This document shows positions 107,101 through 119,632 of a stretch of DNA of 248,000 bases, one piece after another. A program made the translations under genes and the position numbers. Origin of the DNA: Wallemia ichthyophaga EXF-994 (Eukaryota > Fungi > Basidiomycota); the NCBI RefSeq assembly GCF_000400465.1, contig NW_008806283.1, positions 20,001-268,000 on the forward strand, written 5' to 3'. Under the pieces are notes generated by a model. The model was not told the origin of the DNA and did no database searches. It worked only from the letters and a program-made list of their open reading frames with translations. Numbering within the stretch: position 1 is the stretch's first letter; each line of letters begins with the position of its first letter.

Positions 107101-110100
107101 CAGACTGAGGAGCATTGCTGCCACCTTTTACAGATCTGCTGCCACCCTTGCTAGATCCAGGCGCCTTACCGGCAGGTTTCCCGGGCGGTGGAGCATTGCT
107201 GCCGAGTTCAGTTGGCGCAGAAGAAAACCCTACTTTTCTGTCCTGGGGAATACCAGATTCAGGACCATCTTCGAGCTCTACACCCTGGCCGACAGGGGAT
107301 GGGACGTGGCTTGGAGCCCCATGGTTAGGCCCGACATTGCTAGCTGAGTGAGAAGGAGCAATACCATCCGGAGCCTGGCTGCCAGGGTCAGCTGGCCCGG
107401 AGCCAAGGTTTCTATCTGAGGGAGGAGCACCACCGAGTTCACCATCCTGGCGGTAAGGTGATCCAGCGTAACTTGGAGCGGCATGACTTGGAGCATGACT
107501 TGGAGGAACGTTGCTATCCGCATGAGTTGGTGCTTGCTCCTGTGGTGGATATTCATTTGTATCAGCACCTAAGGTAGCTTCACCTGGAGGCGGTGATCCG
107601 GCTTGAGTGCCAGCGTGACTACCAACGCCGTGACTTGCCGGTGGCTTCTGAGGCGAACCTCTACCTTTGCCTTTTCCTAGAAGCTTGTTGAGTCCTGGAA
107701 TCTCCTCTGAGAATGGCTTATTAGATCTAAGAGCTGCGAATGGTGGTCCCTTCTCTCCTGAATTTTCTTTACCTTCAGGCCTGCCTCCAGTGGATCTGAC
107801 AGCTCCGTCATCAGGAAGCACTGCACCTACTTCGCCTTCAGGTTTGCCTCCCATGGATCTGGCATCACCTTCATCAGGAAGCACTGCACCTTCTCCTTCC
107901 GGATTCATGCCTTGGGGTTTCCCATCTACAGATCTAGGACCACCCTCATCAGGAAGTGACGCACCTTGATCGTGTTGACCGTGTTCAGATGGCAATTGCG
108001 ATCCAGTCGCCTCATTCTTATGCAATCCTCGCATCGTATCGGCAGGGGGGGTAAATGAGGAACAATATCAGCAAGATCTGGATCTTCCTCACCAGCGTTA
108101 GAAGGGTCTCCCATTCCACGAGAGCCGCCTGATGGATCGGCCATACCACGAGATTCGCCCGATGGGTCAGGCATACCACGAGAACCGCCTGACGGATCAC
108201 CCATTGAGTGAGGCTCTTGGCCATTAGTAGGTGTAATACCACGAGATGCTCCGGAAGGACCGGGCATAGTATGAGGGTCGGCCGCGGTCGACGGCGCCAA
108301 TCCGCGACTGTCACCAGGTGGAATACCCCTCGAGCTATTAACTGAATCGCGAACATCGCGCAGTACTACCTCCATCTCCTTGATTTGGCGCTGAACAGGA
108401 CCCCACTCGTTGATCTTGGCTGACACCTCTCTCTCGAGCCAATTGTTGAGTGCCCTGTGGCGTTGTCAGACAAGAGGTAATGAGATAATCGACAATTGGA
108501 CTTACCCCAGATATCTATCTGCATCCATCTGGTGTCTCAGAATCTCTTCCGTATTCCATCCAGCTCTTCTTGTATTGTACAGCGTTTCGTTGACTGAATG
108601 TGAATAATTAGATAAAGGCTGCATTCCAGAATAATCACTCACAGCCTGGATGGAAATCAGAGCCGAATCGGAGAGGTATACCCATCCCTCCAGGTGGGAC
108701 ACCCGGCGGAGGCATTTGCATAGGTCTTGCAAATGAACCGCCTCTCATGCCATCCATCATAGGAGAAGGCCTGAACGTGGGATTAGGTCTGAACGTGGGG
108801 TTGTTTCTCATTGGGGCTGATCCATTCATTGGCATAGGACCAGCACCATGCATTGGGCCTGCGCCCATACCAGCAGGTCTCATCAGTGGTGGACGATATG
108901 GTGCACCACCCATCTGCGGAGGAAGCATTGGAGGATGGAATCCCCTCAAATTGTTCGCAGCTGGTCTGACGAATCCGTTAAAGTTAGGTGGCGGTCTAAA
109001 CCCGCCTCTGACATTGTATGGCATAGGCATGGCCATATGAGGTCCTCTCATCATTGGCGGTCGGCCTGGCATTGGCATAGCCATTCCATTGGGTCTGATA
109101 GGCGGAGGTCTGTTGAGACGTTCGAGAGGAGGTTTGAAATCGTGAGTATTGCTTTCCTTCTCAGTCCGTGGATATCCGCCTTCATTAACTTGTATTCTTG
109201 GTGTTGGCTGACGCTCTGGAACTGGATCTGGCACTGGTTTCTGCAATGTCTCTCGTGGTAGCTCTTCAAGGTATCCCTGTTCGAGCGGTGGGCCAGGTTC
109301 TGGATCGTAGACATCGGGGTACATGACATCGTCGTACTCCTCATCCGCCGTTTCAGTAGAAACACTTGAGAGCGACTTGGCAGGTGGTGACTCAGACCTC
109401 GCCCACCGTCTGCGCGAAGTGAAGTCCCTCTCGGCTCTTGACAAGTGAGGAACCTCAGGCTCCGAATATTCGTGAGATGCGTATATAGGCGGAGTTGGGA
109501 GGGGTCCCATTAGATCCCTCATGGATATTGAGTCATGCGGGTACATGTCATCCACGCTAGGCTGAACCTGCTCGACAGCCGGTTTTTGCGTTACTGTCGA
109601 GCTAGATGCTCCATCATCCAGCTCCGCATCTAAATCAGCACTTAGTTCCTCTCCATCGTCGTCAAACGGATGTTCTGACATCATGTCTGGCCAGCTGGAT
109701 ATACTTGAAGCACCACCCTTAGTGAAGTGTCCTTTAAAAGGAGTAAGTAAGGCTGACTTAGGAGAGATTTTTACCCACTGATTAAATTTCTGACAAGATT
109801 CTCCAATCTTAACATATGAGCGTTGTTTCGCTCCTCGTTGGCATCTCTGATACGCTTATCACTCCCAGTAGAATCGAGAGCATCGCGGCAGACATCAATG
109901 AGTCCATTTACCTTATTCTCCAAATCGTGAATAGGCTTGTCATCATGTACTGGCGGTGGAGGGATGTATGACATACTTGACTTCTTCCTCACATCGCGAA
110001 GAAGATCACCGGACCTGTTATCAAAGCTTTCGGGTTTAGGCTCAGACGGGAGATCAGGCACTGATTGATTATCCGTAAGCTTGCCCTCGGTTGTGACAGA

Positions 110101-113100
110101 AATGTCACCACTGCCCCTTCTCCTAAACGGAAGTACTCTGATTGCGTCAGCTAAGCCACCGAGCTCCTTTTGGATAGCATTAAGGATATCGTCAGTATTG
110201 TTAGTCCTACCCGATTCTCTGGCTAGCAACGCATTGAATAGCTTCTGGAGCTCAGACGTGAGGAAATTTTTATCCAACTCTCCGTGAACCATATCTTGAG
110301 TGATAGTTTTCGCATCACTGCTTCTATCTAATGGGATTGAGGTACCCTCGGATGATTCTGAAATAATCGTCGGCGCCAAAAACTTCGAATCGATCGTTGA
110401 GGAGCGCGACACAGTTGATACAGTCGTTGGAGCTTTCCTGCTAACCAAAGACGACACTCTTGACGGAGGCCACACCGATTCAGGTGAAGCTGTGCGCGAT
110501 GGAGCTAACAAATCCATGTCAAAGTCGTCTTCCTCGTCCTCAAACTCTCCACTCTCACTAGCAGCGTCAACACCAGCGCTCTGCTCGGGTGGAGGTACAT
110601 CTGAGCGTGCCTTGAACGAGCTCTTCTGAGACCTGCTTCTGGAGGGCTTCGTTGATGATTTCTTGGAAGACGACACGGATGGAGTTTTTCTTTCAGTTGT
110701 GTTGGGTTCAGTGGTGTTGGTTGGGATATGAGCTGATGCTGATGGGGAGCTGCTCGTGTGAGGCGAAGGTTGAGTTGTCGGTGGTGCTTGTGTAGCTGTA
110801 CTCGTCACGACAGGGGTGTTGGAACTAGGTGAGTTAGTTTGAGCAGTGTGGTACTCTGTCGACATAGTTTTTTCTTTGCTCTGAATTTTTGAGGAACGGT
110901 TAGATGAAGCGTTGCTGACCACCTTTTTCATTCCACTTCGTCTGCTCAAAGGCAGACTCCTCTCAGTTGGAGTGCTGTTTTGCTCAGGTGTGCCACTCTT
111001 GCTCTTGCTGATCAATTCGGTCAAAGCATCTTTCAATTCCTGATCCTCAGAACTGTCACCTAGCGCATCAACTAACTGAGCTAGAGACTTATGCGATGTG
111101 GACAGTCTCTCAGCTCTCTTCACCGTCGAAGGATTGGATGACTTTCTCGACAACGACCTTAGCAGCTCATTGGTGCTTGCGCCATTTTCTGCAGTTTCTC
111201 TTGTATCAATTTGGGATGGTTGCTGGGATTGAGAGGGGTAGGAAGAAGGGAGGGAGCGCATTAAGTCAGTGGTGTTTTGAGCGTGGGTGTCTTGAGGGTC
111301 TTGAGTGTGATAAGTATCATGCGTACTCTGTGCACCCATTTCAGGAGTATTTTGAATAGATATTGCAGAATGAGTGCGAGAATGGGATCTAGATTTCCCT
111401 GAATGGTTTGACTTGGGTGTTGTTGCAGTTTCGGGTTGCTGAGGAGAGGGTGTATCCTGATTCTCTCGCTCAATCTCAGTCTCCACAAGCTCTTTCTCCT
111501 TCTCCTTTTCTAACTCCTCCACCTTCTCCACCTTTTGAGGCACACTATTTGCCGACTTTGTCTTTGAATCTAATCCTGATCCTGAACCTAATCCTGAAGC
111601 TGAAGCTGATTGAGTCTCGACATCCTCCTCATCGGCATCTTCAGCCAGCTGACCGAGCTTGGGCGACCTGAGCATTCTCTCTGTGCTAGCGCCAATGCTC
111701 TTAGCGTCGCTCTTCTTCGATGCGGACAGGATAGTTGAAGTTGAGCTAGACGACGATCCACCACTACCGCCTCCGCTCCCACTCGCGCTGTCATCAGATG
111801 ACCTTCCCGACATTTTCCTGCGCCCGCCTCTTCTGTGTGCCCTAACGGACACAGACGGAGGGAAAATGATATCGTCAGCCTCGCTGTCATTTGCACTTCC
111901 GTCTCGAGTGTCTCGCGTGTCTCGCGAGTCCCACGTATCTGAAAGGATGCCCAATCCGCGCACAGTGTCTGAGGTGGACGTACCGGCGACCAACCCAATA
112001 GACGAATCATCAAGACTCTCCCTCTTCTTTTTCGACGTCGACGACCTGCCTCTACTTCTGCTCTTCTGGATGCTGCTGTTCGACTGCTGTTCTGAGTCGC
112101 TAGCTGTAGGTTCAGGAGCGCCAAAATCCTCAGACCTGACGTTAAAAGCGGACACCGAGCCAGCGTTGGAATTGGATGGTGATACCGGTCTCCTGACTAT
112201 AGGTGTGCCAGTGAGGGTGGTTTGACCGGGCAAGAGGGGCGAGTTTCTCGATGTGGCAGATGTGGCGGACGAAGCAGATGTCGAGGCAATCGAAGGCGCT
112301 CTAACAAGCATCCTGGTCTGGGGAGTCTGTATGGGTCTGATGACATCCCAGAATGCACCGACCCATTGTACACGCTCACGGGCGCTATCTGTAGCCAACC
112401 TCTCCCAGCCATCTTGATAGACGAGAACGAAGGGATTAAGGACACCCTCTAAACCACCCTGCTCGCGTGCGGCCACTAAACCGAGATCCAACTTGTGCGA
112501 TGCGGGGTTAGAAGGACTTGCGACGGAGCGGACTTCTGAGCAATGGTTGAGGTCAAGGGTGACAATCTGACGCTGTAGTCTAAAGCTGGACAAGTCAGGT
112601 GATGGTAGGAATGAAAGTTTGAGGGTCGTTGGTAGAAGCGCGGCTCTAGCACGTACCCATCGATAGGGAGTGCCGTCGTGTACGTGAAGATACCAGAGAG
112701 TGCCAGCACGAGCAATCTAGAGAGGAGATTTAGAATGTCTCAGGTAAAATTAAAATGAAAGAGAAAAAGCAAAACTTACCTGTTCAGTGATATCATCGAA
112801 GCTGGACAAGTCTATTGGAGAAGTGGGGCGCTGGGAGGTCATAGGAGTTTTATGTGAGGAAAGAGGGGTGGAGAAATCCGTTGGGGTCGACGAGCTGATC
112901 AAAGTTTCCCAGCCGTCGGTGAGACTTTCGTGGTGGGTGGGTGAGGGTAAAGATGGTAGAGAAGGCTGAATCTGAGTCTGTTTGCGTGGACGTGGTTTAT
113001 TATCGTCCTTGTTTCTGTTGAGGTTGATGGGGCGCTTTGTTTGAATGACTTTGCTGATTGGAGGAGAGGTGCTATGCTCAGGTCTCTGCTGAGGTCTCTG

Positions 113101-113685
113101 CTCAGATTTCTGCTCAGATTTCTGCTCAGATTTCTGCTCAGGCTTCTGCTCCTCCTTCTCCTTGCCGCTTTCGAAAAAGGCAATGAGGTTACCAGCCCTG
113201 CTGCTAATTTCAGAGTTGGCAGAGTTGGAAGCAGAATTGCTCCTTGAGTGGGAAGACTGCTGATCGAAAGTGATGAAGGGGGAATCACTGAACGCTGGTG
113301 TATCGAGCCGTGCCGAGTACTGCGAGGGGATCGACGGGATAGAGCTAGGCTGACCAGATGAGCGAACAGAAGCACTTCTAGAGGCGCTCGATATGGTTGG
113401 GATGTGCTGCGAGCTCGATGGTGGCTGTGAATTGCCGTCTCTACTCGATGGCGATGGAGAACTGAGCGTTTCAGCGTCGTCGATTGATTTGATATCGGGG
113501 GTAAAGCGGGGTAGATCGTCATTAGCGGATGAAGCTCTGCTCCTGTTACTCCCAGCCCCAGTACGGCTATGGCTGTGGCTATGGCTGTGACTGTTGCTCT
113601 GACTCGACGTTGTCGCCGGCTCAGACTCCTCGCCAATCACAGACAAGACGTGGGGAACGTACGGCTGTGATGACTGGCTCGACAT
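104126..113685 (-). CDS. Very large multi-exon Pro/Ser/Gly-rich protein with PH-like domain and internal repeats
   Basis: Consecutive minus-strand ORFs; LDLNHCSEVRS..ERLATDSARERVQWV; coiled-coil C-terminus. Confidence 0.65.
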
Positions 113686-114348
113686 TAGCTCTCTTTATGC
113701 CCGCGTCAGCTGTTATCGACATATAAAAACTCCACTCACAGCTGCTCAAGCACTGCAGCCTCCTCTGGCCGTAGATCTTCATCTTGATCTACTGACATTG
113801 TCTTTCTTTTTTGTTTCTTTTTTTTCCTCGTGGTTGTCGTTATGCAACCGTAAATGCCGTGATGATCAGGCATCTTTTTAAATATCTAAATTCGTAATTA
113901 AATCAATTGACACTATATTCACGCGTTTCTACATCTAGATCCCCTTTTGGCCCCTCCTCATCACGCGTTTTCCCTTCCGCCCCTGTTCACTCACCTTCTA
114001 CTCCACTTTAGGTTCAAAAATTTTCGGAAAAGTTTTGTGTGGGGTGCGGAATATATTTGTGTGGAACATGTTTCAAAGGTGTGCTGTGCAAGACATGCTT
114101 ATTTTTCGCGTTTAAATACCTTTAAATCAACTTTAAGTGCGTTTGTGACGTGACTTTATGCACGGTAATGCACGGTGGCGTGAGTTAATGTGATACCATG
114201 TGATTTAAAAGCCTATAGAGTGTATATCATCTGCAATATGTCAAACTTGTACACACGAATATTTTACTTAAGATTATTTTGTTGAGTTGCTGATCAAACA
114301 ACGGTACATTTCTATAACCTAAGAAGGGAAGTGTAATAGTTAGCAGCG

Positions 114349-116290
114349 TCACAACCACACACACTCCACAAACCCACCTAATTGCATCTGTGCGAGTGTA
114401 ATGGCGTAGCTAGCCACAGCCTCCTCATGCTGACTGCTAAGCACATCAAACTTGACGACGACAAGGTCTATCATGTTCCCTCTAACATTAACGTCGAAAC
114501 TGAGTGTTTCATTCCATGTAGGGTTTCCTTCCACCTGCCCATGCGATTGCAAATTTGCCGTGCTGGTGAAGCGTTTAAGACAAGTGTCATTATTGAAGGA
114601 ACGCGGTGTGTGCACCTCTACCGCCACTTTATTCACATTCTTCGACACTTGCTGCGCGCATATCACCTTAATGGAAAGACGCACCAGCCCCTTCAATTCC
114701 ACCATCCTCTTCTCCTCCTTGTTGCGCAAAGGTGATGGTTTCAACACATACCCGCCTGTATCATTGAACAAGGCGAAATTCAACCACATGGCCAAGTCCA
114801 CCGTCTGGTAATTGAGCGCTAACAGTTGCGATCCTACCGCCCAATAATCTAATACATCAAAATTAGTACTCTTCACTCTTGCTCCGTGTGGGTATATCCT
114901 TGTGAGATGATTGCGGTTGTGCTTCATAAACTCCCCACTACTCGCGTTTATCAGCTTCCGCGCTGATCTGTCAGACAAACTGAACATATGCTCTATTTCG
115001 TAATGCTCTTTCTTGTTGAAGCCTCGAAACTTTACACCCACTGTGTAGATTAGCAGATCGAGTAATTTCTGTGACATTTTAGTGTTATTTGTGTTAACTG
115101 CGTTATCCGTGTTATTCGTGCTCGTCGTCGAGTTGAGATTCCCAAATGAGTCGACAAGTGTGGGCGAGGTGGATGCAGTTGAAGATCTGTCAGATGAAGA
115201 TGCAGTGCTTCTTCGTCGTGTGACTTTCTGTATAAAGTTGCTCAACTTGCTCTTTTCAATGTCAGAGCTTGATGAGTGGGAGTGAGAGTGGGAGTAATCG
115301 GATGAGTTTGAGTTAAGTGCAACGTCAAAGCCATCCACCTTACTTGCCGCACTACTCCCACTTGCACTGGTTATGTGCAGGTTTTTAGTCTTGAATAGAA
115401 TCTTGTAGCGTAGTTGGTGTGGAGACGGTAGAATGTCTCTATCGTGTTGTAGCCTCTGAGTGATTAGCAAGTCACCGAGAATATCCACAAACAACCCAGC
115501 CATTCTATCTTGCTGTGCTAGATCACAGTGGTTCTCCACAGATAAAATCAAAGGCAGATTAGAAGAAATAAAGGCGAAAGTGTTGATTGTGGTGAGTATG
115601 TCGATTAGGGGGATGGGTTGGGTGAGAGTATGGCCGTGGTAGACAATAGGCCAACCATCGTCACCATTCCAAACGTCAATTTCTACACTTCTACAGCCCA
115701 GTAAGAGTGAGCGTATGTAGCCGATAGTGGTGGAAGAGCCAGCAAGTTGATTACCAAAGAGGTATGTGTTATGGGAAGCGCTAATGTAATAATTATAGAG
115801 TGGTTCATTTTCTGTGGTATTTTGTGGTTTTTGCAATGAATTCTCATTGGATTGAAGGTATCGATTGAATTGGAGTGTATTGAGTTGTGAAGGGGTGGAA
115901 TTGCATACGAAATCTTGCTGAGTGTGTTTTACAAACTCCTTGAAGTCATTTGGAGTGGATATTGGCAGGTAAGATGTATTATGAGTGCTGGTGCTGCTGC
116001 TAGAGTGTTTATCACCGGTAAACTCGCTGTGAAGGAGAATGAGATGCTTTATAAATGATTGATTCCCCCCTTGTAAATCAAACAAATCTAACTTTTTAAA
116101 TTTATTTGTCTTTGAGCTATTAAAGTAGATTGATAGGTGTGATCCATTTGAGTCGATGTAGACAATATCACTGAGTGGAATCAAACCCTCTTTCTTTGAA
116201 TTATATAGCAATCTCCGATCAGACAGTACAAATTCCTTTAATTTCACTTTTTTATTCGTTATTTTCATTAATTTCGCTTTGGAATCCATA
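114349..116290 (-). CDS. PLC1: Phosphoinositide phospholipase C
   Basis: YYISASHNTYL, VEIDVW, TRIYPHG, C2 tail. Confidence 0.93.
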
Positions 116291-116308
116291 GCTCTGGTGG
116301 CTTGGGAA

Positions 116309-116600
116309 ATGGCTTCGACATCAGAGAACAAGATATCCAATTTGGTGGGTTTTCATGGGTTATAATAATGAATAAGCTAATGGCCTTGATAGACAGACAA
116401 ATGCGTCGCTAACTTTGCAGTCAAAGCAGCAGCTGGATTGGGTGTTGGCGTGCTCACATCAGCCATCATATTCAAGAGAAGAACGTGGCCAATTACGTTG
116501 TTTACCGGATTCGGTGCTGGATATGCATACTCAGACTGCAACAGGTTGTTTAATCCATTGGCAGGTGGGTGAAATGTGTTTCTGATTTACAAACTAAAAT
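116309..116600 (+). CDS. MIC10: MICOS subunit Mic10
   Basis: DKCVANF..GLGVGV..FKRRTWP..GFGAGYAYSDC; read manually across introns. Confidence 0.85.
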
Positions 116601-116688
116601 TGCACAGTACCCGGTTTAAAGATACAACAGCCAGATCAAGCTGATCAAAAATAGAATAATTTGTAGCGTTGATTGATTTCGATTTCTC

Positions 116689-116952
116689 TTGATGGAGGAC
116701 TACGATTTTGACAGTGATAATGAGTTTAAAGCTGGTTTGAGGCGTTTGGGGGATAATCCATCTGATGAGGTGGTTCAACAGGCTAAACAGTTTTACTACG
116801 CCAGACTCACACCTAGCTTGAACAGCGTGGTTGAGGCGATTAACACTGGTAAATCTCTTTCACTACCGCACACAAGCACAATTCCGAGCACGGTCGTGGC
116901 AGACCAACCATCATCATCCTCTACGCAGCAGCCAAAGAAGCCGTGGGATTGA
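116689..116952 (+). CDS. Small DUF5572/PEX39-like protein
   Basis: YDFDSDNEFKAGL..AKQFYY and terminal KPWD. Confidence 0.55.
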   Translation: MMEDYDFDSDNEFKAGLRRLGDNPSDEVVQQAKQFYYARLTPSLNSVVEAINTGKSLSLPHTSTIPSTVVADQPSSSSTQQPKKPWD

Positions 116953-117003
116953 GGTGTCGTTTCTGGTTCTTATGTCCAATGTCTCATCTATCAAATACTT
117001 CAC

Positions 117004-118377
117004 TCAGTCGAGTCTTCTCTTATAAACCTCCAAATCAACGCCATGACTCGCAAGCAATCCCAATAAATGTCCCTGGGAGTCGATACTCTCACCGCTGTAC
117101 TTGATTCGCTCATGGATAATCCTCACCATAGCCTCATACTTAGCATCCTCCACCTGCCAATTAGGATGTTTAACTTGGACAGGCTGAGTGATTTCCACCG
117201 CTCTCTTGAGGAATACCTGACTGTTATTGATTAGTGTGGTATAGTTTACATTCCCGCTGCCAACGAGCAGAGCTCTCAGTGTCGACGCACCCGCGACAGC
117301 CATAAGGATCTTAATTTGGTTAGCGAGTGACTGAGGATCGATACTGCCGATGGATTTAAGTGCTATTTCCATCTCGAGTGCTGCCTTGAAGAGGGACTGC
117401 GCCTCACATAGCAATTCCCAGCTGGAGACGCCTGAGACGCCACTCTTAGCCACTTCTACCAACACCTCTGCCAGCTCGCAGTGTGCTTCTACTGCCCCGC
117501 TATCTCTTCTCCCGCTGCGCAACTCGAGCACGTGTCTAAACTCAGCCACTATTGTTTGAGCCTGTGATTGAAATTGCGGTTGTGGTTGTGATTGCGATTG
117601 TATTTGCATCTGCAACTCTCCTAGGTGTATTTTGGCCTGTAGGAGGAGAAGCGTGTCTGTCTCCTTGAACTGCTCATCGACTGCGTTGTTGAGGGTGAGT
117701 GCCTCGTTGAGGGCCATCTGCGCGTGTGCCAGAGTGTGATCAGTGTTTGTGCTAGTGCCATCATCGACATCGACCACATCCTGCAATTTGAGCAGCACAT
117801 CAACGAGAATTTTGATATTCTGCACGATTTGATAGGGTGGGAGGGAGAGTGAGAGTGAGGCGCCGCCGCCAACATCCATAGCAGCAGCAGCAGCATAACC
117901 ACCACTGTCCGCACCCACAAAAGACTTCTGTTCTGCCACTAAACCGCGCAACAAATCGACGCAATGGGAGAAGGCATCAGCAGCGTCACGATCCGCCCCC
118001 AAATCAGCATGCAGTTCACCAACAGATACAGCAGACTGAATTGCGTTGTAGAGAGCGTCAAACCTGCCGATTTGGTTGGGTGGGTTGAATCGACCAGCGA
118101 CCTCCGCCGCGCTGATGAACAAACGATACGCCTCTTGCAGATAGACAAACGCGTCCGGAGGATGCTTATAGCCGCCACCAATCTCTAGACGTAGGCGAGC
118201 AGAGTTGTAGAGTGCGTCGTAGTGACTGCCCTGCTCACTCTCAAGTACCGCCGCATAGAGCGACAAGGCCTTCTCGTATCTCGCAACAACTTTCACGTCG
118301 TATCCCAATCTCTCAGCCTTATCTTCAATGTCCACCGCTTCGTCGTAGATTTCTTCTATGTCTGTGTGTTTGGGCAT
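117004..118377 (-). CDS. TPR-like helical protein
   Basis: DALYNSAR repeats. Confidence 0.55.
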   Translation of the reverse strand: MPKHTDIEEIYDEAVDIEDKAERLGYDVKVVARYEKALSLYAAVLESEQGSHYDALYNSARLRLEIGGGYKHPPDAFVYLQEAYRLFISAAEVAGRFNPPNQIGRFDALYNAIQSAVSVGELHADLGADRDAADAFSHCVDLLRGLVAEQKSFVGADSGGYAAAAAMDVGGGASLSLSLPPYQIVQNIKILVDVLLKLQDVVDVDDGTSTNTDHTLAHAQMALNEALTLNNAVDEQFKETDTLLLLQAKIHLGELQMQIQSQSQPQPQFQSQAQTIVAEFRHVLELRSGRRDSGAVEAHCELAEVLVEVAKSGVSGVSSWELLCEAQSLFKAALEMEIALKSIGSIDPQSLANQIKILMAVAGASTLRALLVGSGNVNYTTLINNSQVFLKRAVEITQPVQVKHPNWQVEDAKYEAMVRIIHERIKYSGESIDSQGHLLGLLASHGVDLEVYKRRLD

Positions 118378-118494
118378 ATGCGTGGGTGTGGTGGTGTAAG
118401 AATTGCTGATCGATTCAGATATCTATATCACTGTAGGGTATTTGGTTTCAATCTCACTTGCATTTCAATTCAAACTTCCTTTTCCGTCTTGTCG

Positions 118495-118956
118495 CTTATG
118501 TGCACCCATTTCACCTACAAAATCAGTAGCAATGGCTACACACGCAAGCAGACACAGACACAGAAACTGGGCTACGAGGAGATATTGCAGGTATCTGCGC
118601 AACTCCACTCCATTCCACTCAAATGCATAGCCAGCCTGGGTTGGAGAGATAGCGACGGTGACGAAATAACGTTCAATTCAGACTTGGAGTTGGAGTGCGT
118701 GTATCAAGAGCAGGGGAGGAGTATTTCGGTGTGGGTAAACACAAATACCCAAGTAGCTTCTTTGGAATCCCCGGTATACGCCCAGCACGTTTCCTTGGCG
118801 GGAATTAGTGGGGAGAAGACGGAAATGAAGAATGAGTTGAATAAGCTGAGGGAGACATTGACAGCCCCGCCTCCACCTACGAGCACACGTCCCAACGCTG
118901 TTTACAGGGCACAGCAAGTGCTTTTACCCATACAAGGACCACCTGGAGAAGGATAA
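118495..118956 (+). CDS. Small PB1-domain protein
   Basis: LGWRDSDGDEITFNSDLEL. Confidence 0.55.
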   Translation, partial: LMCTHFTYKISSNGYTRKQTQTQKLGYEEILQVSAQLHSIPLKCIASLGWRDSDGDEITFNSDLELECVYQEQGRSISVWVNTNTQVASLESPVYAQHVSLAGISGEKTEMKNELNKLRETLTAPPPPTSTRPNAVYRAQQVLLPIQGPPGEG

Positions 118957-119632
118957 TTATAAAAATACTCATATTCATTCCAATTGCTGTTGTATTTCGA
119001 ATATTCATGTATTTTGCTTCGTTACACCTCTCAAACACTCCAAACATGCGAGAAAAGAGACAAGAGAAATCCAACACACAAACCACGGAAGAAATCTGCA
119101 GAGACGTCGTTCGACACCTATCAACAGCTCAAATACCCATCAAACCGCTTCCAAGCGTGGAGGAGGTGTTGCGCGAGTCTCATTTGGCCTTCGTTCGTGG
119201 AGAGGGGGTTAGCAACGTGATCGAAAGACTCAAAGGTGCTAGGCTAACTGCTGCCAGACTACCCGGTGCCTGGGTGGAGTTGTAAGCATCTTTGTGTTTA
119301 CACCTTCAACACCCTCCATCATGCCACAAGCATACAGATTAGCAGATATAGCACACAGATCATTCGTTAGTGTATTGGCAGGTGTTACTGTGAGTCGTTG
119401 AGTGTTACACAGCCACTCTCAACTTAACAGCTCCAGATATACGGCACTTTCACTCTTCTATCGGGCTACAACAACCACAAGCAAATGAGATTAGAGGCTC
119501 TTGAGAGGCATCAAGTGGGTTTGGAGTAAAAGCGTGTGCCTGTAGCTAACACTGGCTATTCAGATGTCCCTAAAGGAGGAAGAGAAGCAGATATAATGTA
119601 TTAAAATTTATATTTATTCTAATTTACTTGAT

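Noticed and set aside
116277-116340. PLC1 ORF start overlapping MIC10, and Hid1 ORF start overlapping TMA7 (213941-214035)
   Set aside because: ORF-finder extensions to upstream alternative starts; downstream Met codons remove the overlap.
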